DNA of 64,000 nucleotides from assembly GCA_965221695.1 (NCBI GenBank), contig OZ244905.1, positions 2,176,001 through 2,240,000 of the forward strand, in the 5' to 3' direction. Shown piece by piece: positions 50,428-60,062 of this stretch (position 1 is its first letter; each line of letters opens with the position of its first letter). The notes beneath the pieces are model-generated. The model had not been told where the DNA came from. It saw only the letters and a program-made list of their open reading frames with translations, and ran no database searches. Both the position numbers and the translations under genes were made by a program. The DNA comes from Gammaproteobacteria bacterium. Its GTDB lineage: Bacteria; Pseudomonadota; Gammaproteobacteria; Eutrophobiales; Eutrophobiaceae.

Positions 50428-53175
50428 ATGCCAAAAAAATTATTGACCCTGGTGGACGGGTCCTATTACCTGTTCCGCGCCTACCATGCGATGCCGGGCC
50501 TGACGAACTCTGAGAAAGAGCCGACCGGGGCCATATACGGTGTTATCAATATGTTGCGCAAACTCCACAAGGAAGAGCAGCCGGATTACTTTGCGGTCGT
50601 CTTTGATGCCAAGGGAAAGAGTTTCCGCAACGACCTGTATCCCGAGTATAAAGCCAACCGCCCGCCGGCCCCGCTCGACCTGGTGGCGCAGATTGAACCC
50701 CTGCATGAAATTATCCGCGCGCTGGGTGTTCCCCTGTTGCTCATTGACAACGTGGAAGCGGATGACGTGATCGCCACGCTGGCGGCCCGGGCTGCGGGCG
50801 CAGGCTTGCAGACGCTGGTATCCACCGGCGACAAGGACCTCGCGCAGATCGTCAATGACGATATTCACTTGATCAATACCATGAACAATACCCGCTTTGA
50901 CAGGGCCGGCGTGATCGAAAAATACGGGGTGCCGCCGGAGCGCATCGTGGATTACCTTGCGTTGATCGGCGACACATCGGACAACGTGCCGGGGATTCCC
51001 AAGGTGGGGCCGAAGACCGCAGTCAAGTGGTTGGCGGAACATGGGAGCCTGGACGAGATCGTGGCCAGGGCGAGCAGTTTTACCGGTAAGGTCGGAGAAT
51101 ACTTGCGGGAACACCTGGACCAGATTCCGTTGAGCAAGGAACTGGTGACCCTGAAAACCGACCTGGAACTGCCCGTCGAACCGCAGCAGTTGCTGATCAC
51201 CGAACAGGATAAAATGGCGCTGAGGGAACACTACAAACGTTGGGGTTTTCGCAGTTGGCTGCCGGACATAAACGGCGGCGTGCGCGCCGCGCCCGGAACA
51301 ACCGTGCCCGCGCAGGAACCGGAACCCACCGCCGGGTTGCAGAATGAGGAGGATGTGGAACCGGCGGAGGAACAATATGAAACGGTACTCACCGTCGAGC
51401 GCCTCGAGCGCTGGATAGACAAGCTGGCCACCGCAGAGCTGTTTGCCTTTGATACGGAAACCACGAGCTTGGATTATATGCGGGCGGAACTGGTTGGCGT
51501 GTCCTTTTCGGTGCGGCCCGGCGAGGCAGCTTATGTGCCTGTCGCCCATGATTACGACGGCGCGCCGAAGCAGATCTCGCGCCGCAAGGTCCTGGAGAAA
51601 CTGCGCCCGTTGCTGGAATCGGAGCAGCCGCGTATTGTCGGCCAGAACCTGAAATACGATCGCAACGTCCTGGCCAACTACCGCATTGAACTGAATGGAA
51701 CAGCCCATGATTCCATGCTGCAGTCCTACGTGCTGGACAGCGTGGCCACCCGCCATGATATGACCAGCCTGGCAGGAAAATACCTGGGCAGGACCGTCAC
51801 CAGCTATGAAGATGTGGCCGGCAAAGGCGCCAAACAGGTTCCATTCAACCAGGTGCCGATCGAACAGGCGTCCGCCTACGCCGCAGAGGACGCCGACATT
51901 ACCCTGCGTTTGCACCGTGCACTGTGGCCGAAGCTGGCCGCAGAGCCGGGCTTGCGGGAATTGTACACGCGTATCGAAATGCCGTTGGTCGGCGTTATTG
52001 CACGCATGGAACGCAATGGGGTTCTGATCGACAAGGAAATGCTGAAACGGCAAAGTGACGAACTGAAGGAACAGATGCAGGAGGTCGAACAGCACGCGCA
52101 CCGGCTCGCGGGCCAGGCATTCAATATCGGCTCTCCCAAGCAGATCCAGGAGATACTCTACGAAAAAATGCAATTGCCGGTCACGGCCAAGACCCCGACG
52201 GGGCAGCCATCCACTGCAGAATCCGTGTTGCAGGAGTTGGCCGCAGACCACGAACTGCCGGCATTGATCCTGAAACACAGGGAGTTCAGCAAGCTCAAAT
52301 CCACTTACACCGACCGGTTGCCCGAACAGGTCAACCCGGCCAGCGGTCGGGTACACACTTCCTACCACCAGGCCGTTGCCGCAACGGGCAGGTTTTCCTC
52401 ATCGGACCCGAACCTGCAGAACATTCCGATCCGCACTGAGGAGGGCAGGAAAATACGCCGGGCATTCATTGCGCCTCCCGGACACGTGCTGCTGGCGGCG
52501 GATTATTCCCAGATAGAACTGCGCATTATGGCGCACCTCTCCGGCGACGCTGCGCTGCTGGCCGCGTTTGCCGCCGGCAGCGACATTCACCGGGCCACTG
52601 CGGCCGAGGTGTTCGGGGTAAGCATGGCTGAGGTCAGTACCGAGCAGCGCAGGGCGGCCAAAGCCATCAACTTTGGCCTGATTTACGGGATGTCGCCATT
52701 CGGTCTCGCCCGGCAACTGGGAATAGACAGGGGTTCTGCGCGCCGCTACGTGGACAGGTATTTTGAACGGTATCCTGCGGTCAAGGAATATATGGATGCG
52801 ACCCGCGTGCAAGCCAGGGAAACCGGTTACGTGGAAACGGTGTTCAAACGCCGCCTGTACCTGCCTGATATTGCGGCCGGTAACGCCGCCAGACGCCAGT
52901 ATGCGGAACGTACCGCCATCAACGCGCCGATGCAGGGAACGGCAGCCGACATCATCAAACGGGCGATGATCGAGATCGACAAAAAACTGTTGCGTTCGGA
53001 AAAAAATATCAGGATGATCATGCAGGTTCACGACGAACTGGTATTTGAGGTTGCACAAGCTGAGGCGGCTGACTATGCGCGGGAAATCAGCAGCTTGATG
53101 TCCGCCGCGGCGGTACTGAGCGTGCCCTTAATCGTTGACGTCGGTAACGGCGCCAACTGGGATCAGGCGCATTAA
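50428..53175 (+). CDS. polA: DNA polymerase I
   Basis: 5'-3' exonuclease (VDGS.YLFRAYHA), 3'-5' exonuclease (FDTETT), polymerase ADYSQIELR, KAINFGLIYGM, QVHDEL. Confidence 0.99.
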   Translation: MPKKLLTLVDGSYYLFRAYHAMPGLTNSEKEPTGAIYGVINMLRKLHKEEQPDYFAVVFDAKGKSFRNDLYPEYKANRPPAPLDLVAQIEPLHEIIRALGVPLLLIDNVEADDVIATLAARAAGAGLQTLVSTGDKDLAQIVNDDIHLINTMNNTRFDRAGVIEKYGVPPERIVDYLALIGDTSDNVPGIPKVGPKTAVKWLAEHGSLDEIVARASSFTGKVGEYLREHLDQIPLSKELVTLKTDLELPVEPQQLLITEQDKMALREHYKRWGFRSWLPDINGGVRAAPGTTVPAQEPEPTAGLQNEEDVEPAEEQYETVLTVERLERWIDKLATAELFAFDTETTSLDYMRAELVGVSFSVRPGEAAYVPVAHDYDGAPKQISRRKVLEKLRPLLESEQPRIVGQNLKYDRNVLANYRIELNGTAHDSMLQSYVLDSVATRHDMTSLAGKYLGRTVTSYEDVAGKGAKQVPFNQVPIEQASAYAAEDADITLRLHRALWPKLAAEPGLRELYTRIEMPLVGVIARMERNGVLIDKEMLKRQSDELKEQMQEVEQHAHRLAGQAFNIGSPKQIQEILYEKMQLPVTAKTPTGQPSTAESVLQELAADHELPALILKHREFSKLKSTYTDRLPEQVNPASGRVHTSYHQAVAATGRFSSSDPNLQNIPIRTEEGRKIRRAFIAPPGHVLLAADYSQIELRIMAHLSGDAALLAAFAAGSDIHRATAAEVFGVSMAEVSTEQRRAAKAINFGLIYGMSPFGLARQLGIDRGSARRYVDRYFERYPAVKEYMDATRVQARETGYVETVFKRRLYLPDIAAGNAARRQYAERTAINAPMQGTAADIIKRAMIEIDKKLLRSEKNIRMIMQVHDELVFEVAQAEAADYAREISSLMSAAAVLSVPLIVDVGNGANWDQAH

Positions 53176-53316
53176 AACATGGCGCGCAACTTTTCCGGCA
53201 TTGCTGAAATACTGTGCTAACATTAACAACAAATGTGTACGTTTCTTACAGGCATTTCCTTGGTTCTTGTACACGAGAATCAGGGTATTTGAATTAGATT
53301 TATCTGCAAACGCGCA

Positions 53317-54075
53317 ATGCTGTTAATTCCTGCGATTGATATAAAAAACGGCAAGTGCGTCCGCTTACGCCAGGGAGATATGGACGAGGAAACCATTTAC
53401 AACAACGACCCTGTTGAGATGGCGAGCAAGTGGGTCGAAACCGGCGCAAAACGGCTGCACATCATCGATCTCGACGGCGCGGTGTCAGGCCGCCCCGTGA
53501 ATGCTGACATCATCCACGATATAGCCGAAGCGCATCCCGATATTGAAATCCAGGCCGGTGGGGGAATTCGGGATGAAGACACGATCCAGACCTACCTGGA
53601 CGTGGGGGTGAACTACGTGATCATCGGGACCCGCGCAGTGACGACCCCCCACTTTGTTTCCGATATCTGCCTCGAATTCCCGGGGCATGTTATTGTCGGC
53701 CTCGATGCAAAAAATGGCAAACTGGCGACCAACGGTTGGTCAAAACTGTCTCATCACGACGTTATCGATATCGCCCAGCGGTTCGAACAGGACGGCGTAT
53801 CCGCAATCATCTTCACAGATATCGGCCGGGACGGCATGATGAACCGGGTTAATATTGAAACCAGTGTGCAACTCGCGCGGTCTGTGACGATACCGGTTAT
53901 TGCCTCAGGCGGGATCAAGGACCTGGAAGACATCAAGGCATTGTGTTCCGTGGCCGGCGAAGGCATTGCCGGCGCCATCACCGGGCGCGCGATCTACGAG
54001 GGCAGTCTCGATCTGAAAAAAGCCCTGGACCTGGTCGATAAACTTTGCAGTGTCCAGGGTGGCGATGGCGCCTGA
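53317..54075 (+). CDS. hisA: ProFAR isomerase
   Basis: [38 protein letters not shown]. Confidence 0.97.
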   Translation: MLLIPAIDIKNGKCVRLRQGDMDEETIYNNDPVEMASKWVETGAKRLHIIDLDGAVSGRPVNADIIHDIAEAHPDIEIQAGGGIRDEDTIQTYLDVGVNYVIIGTRAVTTPHFVSDICLEFPGHVIVGLDAKNGKLATNGWSKLSHHDVIDIAQRFEQDGVSAIIFTDIGRDGMMNRVNIETSVQLARSVTIPVIASGGIKDLEDIKALCSVAGEGIAGAITGRAIYEGSLDLKKALDLVDKLCSVQGGDGA

Positions 54076-54142
54076 TCCGCTCCCGGGCCAGCATACCCCG
54101 ACCGAAAACTCGTTAATATCTCCCCCGAATTTTTGAATAGTC

Positions 54143-54916
54143 ATGGGACTGGCAAAACGAATTATTCCCTGCTTGGATGTGGACGCCGGACGCGTGGTCA
54201 AGGGGGTGAAATTCGTCGATATCAGGGATGCCGGCGATCCGCTGCAGGTGGCCCGTTGTTATGACGAACAAGGCGCCGATGAACTCGCGTTCTTAGACAT
54301 TACCGCCAGCAACGAGGGAAGGGATACGATGTTGCACGTGATGGAGGCGGTGGCCGGCCAGGTTTTCATTCCGCTTACCGTGGGTGGCGGCATACGCACC
54401 CTGGATGACATTCGCCGGCTGTTGAATGCAGGGGCGGACAAGATCAGCATCAATACCGCAGCGGTACATGACCCCGGGTTTGTGCGCGAGGCCACCCGGG
54501 AGTTCGGTTCACAATGTATCGTGGTGGCCATTGACGCAAAGCAGGCCAGCGCTGACGGCACAGCGTCAAAATGGGAGGTCTTTACCCATGGCGGACGCCG
54601 GGGAACCGGAATAGACGCGGTTCTGTGGGCGGAACAAATGGCAGCGTGCGGCGCCGGGGAAATTTTACTCACCAGCATGGACAGGGACGGCACCAGGGAC
54701 GGCTTTGACCTGCCCCTGACCTGCGCGGTCAGCGCCGCCGTCAGCATTCCTGTAATTGCTTCCGGCGGTGTGGGCAATCTGGACCACCTGGTAGAAGGTG
54801 TTATCCAGGGGAAAGCCGATGCGGTACTGGCGGCCAGCATTTTCCATTTCGGCGAATATACAGTGGCCCAGGCAAAACAGAAGATGGCGCAACACGGTAT
54901 AGAGGTAAGAAATTAG
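54143..54916 (+). CDS. hisF: IGP synthase cyclase subunit
   Basis: [42 protein letters not shown]. Confidence 0.98.
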   Translation: MGLAKRIIPCLDVDAGRVVKGVKFVDIRDAGDPLQVARCYDEQGADELAFLDITASNEGRDTMLHVMEAVAGQVFIPLTVGGGIRTLDDIRRLLNAGADKISINTAAVHDPGFVREATREFGSQCIVVAIDAKQASADGTASKWEVFTHGGRRGTGIDAVLWAEQMAACGAGEILLTSMDRDGTRDGFDLPLTCAVSAAVSIPVIASGGVGNLDHLVEGVIQGKADAVLAASIFHFGEYTVAQAKQKMAQHGIEVRN

Positions 54917-55112
54917 TCATGTCCGGCTTGAACGATCTGATTTGGTTGGAGCAGGTTAACTGGAACGCGGACGGGCTGCTTCCGGTGGTTACGCAGGACC
55001 ACGCTATAGAGGTAAGGGGTTAAACATGTCCGGCTTGAACGATCTGAATTGGTTGGAGCAGGTTAACTGGAACGCGGACGGGCTGGTTCCGGTGATTACC
55101 CAGGACCACGCT
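54898..55112 (+). repeat. 107-bp tandem duplication of the hisF end/hisI start; first copy forms a 34-codon mini-ORF (54919-55023)
   Basis: ATGTCCGGCTTGAACGATCTG...CAGGACCACGCT occurs at 54919 and 55026. Confidence 0.95.
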
Positions 55113-55427
55113 TCCGGCAAGGCGCTGATGCTTGCCTGGATGAACCGGGAGGCCCTGGAGCTCACCTGCACAGAGCGCTGCGCGGTTTATTGGTCCAGGT
55201 CAAAACAACGTCTCTGGCGCAAGGGCGAGCAATCGGGTCATGAGCAGCAAGTCAGGGAGGTCCGGTTGGACTGCGACCGGGACGCGTTACTGCTGCGGGT
55301 TGACCAGCAAGGAGGAATTGCCTGCCATACCGGTCGGGAAAGTTGTTTTTACCTTCGCAAAACGGAAACAGGTTGGGAGGCAGCCGACCCGGTCCTGAAA
55401 GATCCGAAGGAGATTTACCACAAGTAA
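55026..55427 (+). CDS. hisI: Phosphoribosyl-AMP cyclohydrolase
   Basis: YWSRS...[24 protein letters not shown]. Confidence 0.97.
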   Translation: MSGLNDLNWLEQVNWNADGLVPVITQDHASGKALMLAWMNREALELTCTERCAVYWSRSKQRLWRKGEQSGHEQQVREVRLDCDRDALLLRVDQQGGIACHTGRESCFYLRKTETGWEAADPVLKDPKEIYHK

Positions 55428-55443
55428 TGGGGGAGAAATCGAA

Positions 55444-55767
55444 ATGAACATCATTCATGAGTTGGCGGAAGTGTTGATCGAGCGCAAGGGAGGCGACCCT
55501 GCTTCATCCTATGTCGCCGACCTGTATGCAAAAGGAAGAGCCGGCATCCTGGAAAAAATAGAAGAAGAATCCTGGGAACTGGTCGAGGCGGCAACAACCG
55601 GCGAGCCCAAGGCGGTGATACACGAAACCGCGGATTTATGGTTTCACACACTGGTGCTGCTGTCCCACCTCAATGTTCATCCCGCCGAAGTTTTCTCCGA
55701 ACTAGAACGCCGCTTCGGCACCCCCGGCCACGAGGAAAAGGCTAACAGAAATGCGGACAGCCAGTGA
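55444..55767 (+). CDS. hisE: Phosphoribosyl-ATP pyrophosphatase
   Basis: SSYVA.LY.KG...IL.KI.EE, E.ADLWFH, EL.RRFG. Confidence 0.95.
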   Translation: MNIIHELAEVLIERKGGDPASSYVADLYAKGRAGILEKIEEESWELVEAATTGEPKAVIHETADLWFHTLVLLSHLNVHPAEVFSELERRFGTPGHEEKANRNADSQ

Positions 55768-55794
55768 TCAATAGACCCACAGGACGTGGGAAAA

Positions 55795-56000
55795 CAGTAT
55801 CCGCAGATAACGCAGATTACAGCGCGTCTCCGCAACAATACCATTCCCGCAGATGCAGATTAGGCGCCGCTCCACAACAAAACCACTCCCGCTTACGCGG
55901 GAATGGGACAGGGGGCCGCTCCCATGAAGACCGCCACCAAAACCACTCCCGCCCCCGATCAACGCCATATTGGGGCAGGCTGAGAAGCGGGAGTCCAGTC
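55795..56000. repeat. Cluster of degenerate REP-like repeats
   Basis: Three CCA(T/C)TCCCGC half-sites, CCCGCTTACGCGGGAAT, GCGGGAGTCCAG and CGCAGAT repeats. Confidence 0.6.
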
Positions 56001-56095
56001 AGATACTACGTCGCCTGAATGGCGACCCATTAATTTACTGGATTCCCACTCTGTGCCATAATGATCCAAAGTAATCATTCTGCAGGAGATCAACT

Positions 56096-56320
56096 ATGAG
56101 TTTTGGTATCTGGGAACTGGGGATCATCATGGTGATCGTCGCCCTGTTGTTTGGAACCAAAAAGCTGGGTAGCATGGGCGGCGACCTGGGCAATGCGATC
56201 AAAGGGTTCCGTAATGCAATAAAGGACGATGAGCCTGCGAAGGAAAAAGATACAGCGGACGGCAAGGTCATTGAGGGCGAAGTAGAAGACGGCCAGAAAG
56301 GGAAACCGGCCAAATCCTGA
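56096..56320 (+). CDS. tatA: TatA
   Basis: [16 protein letters not shown]...G.DLG.AIKGFR. Confidence 0.96.
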   Translation: MSFGIWELGIIMVIVALLFGTKKLGSMGGDLGNAIKGFRNAIKDDEPAKEKDTADGKVIEGEVEDGQKGKPAKS

Positions 56321-56340
56321 TCGCGCAGACCTGACCCCCC

Positions 56341-56607
56341 ATGTTCGACATCGGTTTCTGGGAACTGCTGGTCATTGCCGTGGTTTCGTTGTTGGTGGCC
56401 GGCCCGGAGAGGCTGCCGGGACTGGTAAGGGACGCCGGCAGGTGGGCGGCAAAACTGCGCCGTTATGCGCTGCAGGCCAAGTATGAATTCGAACAGCAGA
56501 TGCGTGTCGATGAAGTAAAAGAATTTACGGAACAAGTGGAGCAAATGGACAAGCTGATGGATGTGGCGCCGGACAAACACGGCAAGATCAAGATCTCCGA
56601 CGACTGA
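56341..56607 (+). CDS. tatB: TatB
   Basis: MFDIGFWELLVIAVV.L.V.GPERLP. Confidence 0.96.
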   Translation: MFDIGFWELLVIAVVSLLVAGPERLPGLVRDAGRWAAKLRRYALQAKYEFEQQMRVDEVKEFTEQVEQMDKLMDVAPDKHGKIKISDD

Positions 56608-56612
56608 ATCCC

Positions 56613-57392
56613 ATGGCGGACGACTCCCAACGTCCCGATTCTGATACGGAACAGCCTCTCATCGCACACCTCGCCGAACTGCGCAACCGGCTGTTGCGCA
56701 GCCTCGCATGTGTGTTCATCGTGTTTCTGGCTCTTAGCGTCTTTGCCGACGATATTTACTCCCTGGTGGCCGGTCCGCTACTGGCGCAATTACCGGAACA
56801 GAGCAGCATGATTGCAACCGAGGTGGCGGCGCCGTTCCTGGTGCCGTTCAAACTCGTTTTCTTTGCCGCGGTGTTCGTGTCCGTGCCGTACCTGCTGTAC
56901 CAGGCCTGGGCATTCATTGCGCCGGGCCTGTACCAGAATGAACGGCGCCTGGTACTGCCGCTGATTTCCAGCAGCGTGTTGTTGTTCTACCTCGGTTGCG
57001 CGTTCGCATTCTTTATCGTGTTTCCCCTGCTGTTCGCGTTCCTGACGTCCACCGCACCGGCCGGGGTGACGGTAATGACCGATATCAGCCATTACCTGAA
57101 TTTCATCCTGAAGATGTTCTTTGCATTCGGGGTTGCGTTTGAGGTTCCCATAGCCATTATCCTGCTCGTGTGGACGGGGCTTGCCTCTGTAGAGTCACTG
57201 GCTCGCAAACGGGCTTATATCATTGTCGGCGCCTTCACCGTCGGCATGTTGCTGACCCCGCCGGACATCATATCCCAGGTGCTGCTGGCAGTGCCGGTCT
57301 GGTTATTGTTTGAACTGGGCCTGGTACTGGGCCGATTTGTCCGCCGACAATCCGAAGATGAAGAGACAAACGAGGAACCGGCAAGCCAATGA
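56613..57392 (+). CDS. tatC: TatC
   Basis: HLAELRNRL, FIAPGLY..E, FEVP, LTPPD..SQ. Confidence 0.97.
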   Translation: MADDSQRPDSDTEQPLIAHLAELRNRLLRSLACVFIVFLALSVFADDIYSLVAGPLLAQLPEQSSMIATEVAAPFLVPFKLVFFAAVFVSVPYLLYQAWAFIAPGLYQNERRLVLPLISSSVLLFYLGCAFAFFIVFPLLFAFLTSTAPAGVTVMTDISHYLNFILKMFFAFGVAFEVPIAIILLVWTGLASVESLARKRAYIIVGAFTVGMLLTPPDIISQVLLAVPVWLLFELGLVLGRFVRRQSEDEETNEEPASQ

Positions 57393-57428
57393 ATCGCCGC
57401 CGCCCCGCCTGCGATGCCAGAGCAGATA

Positions 57429-57681
57429 CCATACCATTCCCGTGGAAACGGGAATCCAGTTGACAGACCGTCGCCGGTGGCGAGACTAACATATGCACTT
57501 TTCAGCCTGTCCGTGTATGGTGTTGAGCGGAGCAGGAGTAGCACAGAGGTTGGGTTAATTGTTGTATTCTTCCTGGGATTGCTGGGCTTCTGCCCGCACT
57601 GCTGGAGAACATCCCATAACCATTCCCGTGGAAACGGGAATCCAGTTGATAAACCGTCGCCGAAGGCGACACTAACATATG
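57429..57681. repeat. Two ~70-bp REP-containing direct repeats (period 186 bp)
   Basis: CCATTCCCGTGGAAACGGGAATCCAGTTGA.A.ACCGTCGCCG..GGCGA.ACTAACATATG at ~57434 and ~57620. Confidence 0.9.
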
Positions 57682-58980
57682 TCTTTCGCGATAATTTCAA
57701 GATGCCGTAAACAGGTTGTCGCAAGCTTAATCCTGTTATGCGGCATCGCATACCCGGGCGCCGTCAGTCTTGCCGATACTGCGTCGCCAACACCGCCGAA
57801 TATTGTGCTGGTTCTCGCTGATGACCTCGGTTATGGCGATGTCGGTGTGTACGGCGCCCGTCTTATCGAAACACCGCATTTGGATGGATTGGCGGCGCAG
57901 GGCATCCGGCTTACGAATTTTTATGCCAGTGGCAATGTCTGCACGCCTTCGCGCGCCGGGCTGCTTACCGGTCGCTACGCGATCCGAAACGGCCTGGCCG
58001 ATAAAACCATTACCGTCAATGACTTCCGCGGATTACCGGCCGGTACGACGACCATAGCCGGACTGCTGCAACAGCATGGCTATCGCACCGCATTGATCGG
58101 CAAGTGGCACCTGGGTCACCACAAGCCTTCCCAACGACCGAATGCGCTGGGCTTCGACCTCTTTTATGGCCTGTTGCACCCCAATGATGTTGAACAACCG
58201 TTATATCGGGATACACAGGCGACGGCTGAGCCGTTCGACCAGGGCGCGTTGACGCGCCGTTTCACTGAGGAAGCGCTCCGCTTTATTGAAAACGATACGC
58301 GCCAGCCATTTTTTCTGCTTTTGTCTCACACTGCGCCGCATATTCCCCTGGTTCCTTCCGCCGCCTTCGCGAATACTTCCCGCGCCGGCGCCTATGGCGA
58401 TGTGGTGCAAGAACTTGACTGGAGTGTCGGCCAATTGCTGGCAGCGTTGCAGCGCAATGGTCTCGCCGACAACACAGTTGTGATATTTACCAGCGACAAC
58501 GGCCCTTTTCCCGAAGGCAGTACCGGCGGTTTGCGCGGCGGTAAAGGCACCGCCTGGGACGGCGGTTACCGCGTCCCGTTCATTGCGCGCTGGCCGGGGC
58601 GGATCCCTGCTGCCACCAGCGCCGGCGCGATAGCGATGAATATCGACTTGCTACCGACTTTCGCGGCGTTGGCCGGCGCGCCATCACCACGCGCACAACT
58701 TGACGGTCGGAATATCCTCCCGGTCCTGCTGGGCAACAACGACGCATCGCCGCACCAGGCGCTGTATTTCTTCAACAATGAGCATATCGCCGCGCTGCGC
58801 ACGCAAAATTGGAGAATGGTGGTCAGGGCCGGCTACCGCGACATCCAGCGCCGCCTCCCGGAACACGAGGTTTACCTGTTATTCGACATGCGCACAGACC
58901 CGGAAGAACGCTACAGCCAGGCACAGCGCCACCCCGACAAATGGCAGGAATTACAAACCTTGCTCAAACGCGGCCCGTAG
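57679..58980 (+). CDS. Cys-type (FGly-dependent) sulfatase, C-terminus possibly clipped
   Basis: PNIVLVLADDLGYGD, CTPSRAGLLTG, GKWHLG, FTSDNG. Confidence 0.93.
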   Translation: MSFAIISRCRKQVVASLILLCGIAYPGAVSLADTASPTPPNIVLVLADDLGYGDVGVYGARLIETPHLDGLAAQGIRLTNFYASGNVCTPSRAGLLTGRYAIRNGLADKTITVNDFRGLPAGTTTIAGLLQQHGYRTALIGKWHLGHHKPSQRPNALGFDLFYGLLHPNDVEQPLYRDTQATAEPFDQGALTRRFTEEALRFIENDTRQPFFLLLSHTAPHIPLVPSAAFANTSRAGAYGDVVQELDWSVGQLLAALQRNGLADNTVVIFTSDNGPFPEGSTGGLRGGKGTAWDGGYRVPFIARWPGRIPAATSAGAIAMNIDLLPTFAALAGAPSPRAQLDGRNILPVLLGNNDASPHQALYFFNNEHIAALRTQNWRMVVRAGYRDIQRRLPEHEVYLLFDMRTDPEERYSQAQRHPDKWQELQTLLKRGP

Positions 58981-58988
58981 AAACAGAG

Positions 58989-59120
58989 AAACAGGGTCGG
59001 GCCTGCCTAATTGTGCCCAACTCTTTGTTTCCATTGAGTTGGTTTGTTGCAGGTGTCTGTTATGCTCCCTTAAACCCCACTTTTTGCCGCCAAAACCGAG
59101 GTTTTAAGATTCTTTTCCCT
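58989..59120. mobile_element. Partial MITE-like element (132-bp direct repeat of 61424-61555)
   Basis: AAACAGGGTCGG.CCTGC.TAA...CTCTTTGTTTCCATTGAGTTG...GAGGTTTTAAGATTCTTTTCCCT present in both copies. Confidence 0.75.
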
Positions 59121-59311
59121 GTTTAACGGTATGACTCTATACCATCCACACGCGCCAATACGACCTGTTGGGGTCGCACGACCCTAGAGACCGACCTGGC
59201 CCGGACTTCTGGGACCAGTGGGCCCGGATAGTGTTTCAGGTAATCTGAAACAGCGCGGTCACGATGCGGCGGCCTTCCGCGGACAGGAAGTTAAATGCCC
59301 TGCAGGCTGTG

Positions 59312-59704
59312 TTATCCAGGCAATAGAAACAGCTTGAAAGCGGTGAACAGCGAACCCGTGAACGCAGCTTGAATCAGGACAATTTTTACCATCAGACGCA
59401 ATTCCAGATTCTTGAGCCGGTGGTCCATCGATATTTCCTGCTTCTCCATCTCGTGGCGTAGCGATGTTTCCATCTTCTCCATATCGCCCCGCAGATTCTC
59501 GATGTCACCACGAAGCGATGTTTCCATTTTCTCCATATCACCACGAAGCGTATTCTCCGTCTTAGCCAGATCAGCCTTGGTCGCTACTCGCTCATTAATC
59601 GCATCTTGCACCAGTATCACCACCGATTCCGCTTGTTTGGCCTCCATGCCGGAGTCCTTCAAGCCTTGTGCCATCTTCAGTGTATCAAAAGCTATATCAG
59701 TCAT
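59312..59704 (-). CDS. DUF1640/CCDC90-like coiled-coil membrane-anchored protein
   Basis: AFDTLK....L...G....QAE, ATKADL, LRGDMEKMETS repeats, C-terminal TM. Confidence 0.8.
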   Translation of the reverse strand: MTDIAFDTLKMAQGLKDSGMEAKQAESVVILVQDAINERVATKADLAKTENTLRGDMEKMETSLRGDIENLRGDMEKMETSLRHEMEKQEISMDHRLKNLELRLMVKIVLIQAAFTGSLFTAFKLFLLPG

Positions 59705-60062
59705 TTATTCCTCTCCCATCTCGTTGTTCATTTCACTTGGCCGGAAAACCGACCCTTGCCCCGCGGGGCATAAACCTCACGGGAGGCAGCCCGGATTATT
59801 GTTCCCTCTGCATTACTGCCGCATCCGGCGACAGTTCGGGACTGCTCTCAGGAGTTACTTTATATGGAAGTCTTCGAGGTTGTCAAATACTTACATAGCA
59901 ACCGAATAGATCAGCAAATTATCGCAAAGGGAACAGTACGAGGATTATCTCATTACGGGAAGTGGTGAGTAATAATTTACCCGATTTGGTACAAAACTCA
60001 GTGATGAATAAATTTAGTCATTTTATATTGACTATATTTATTCATTATGCCAGGCTAGTGAT

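Noticed and set aside
50440-52368. 642-aa antisense ORF over polA, and similar shadow ORFs over other genes
   Set aside because: Typical antisense-frame artefacts of GC-rich codon usage opposite well-supported genes.
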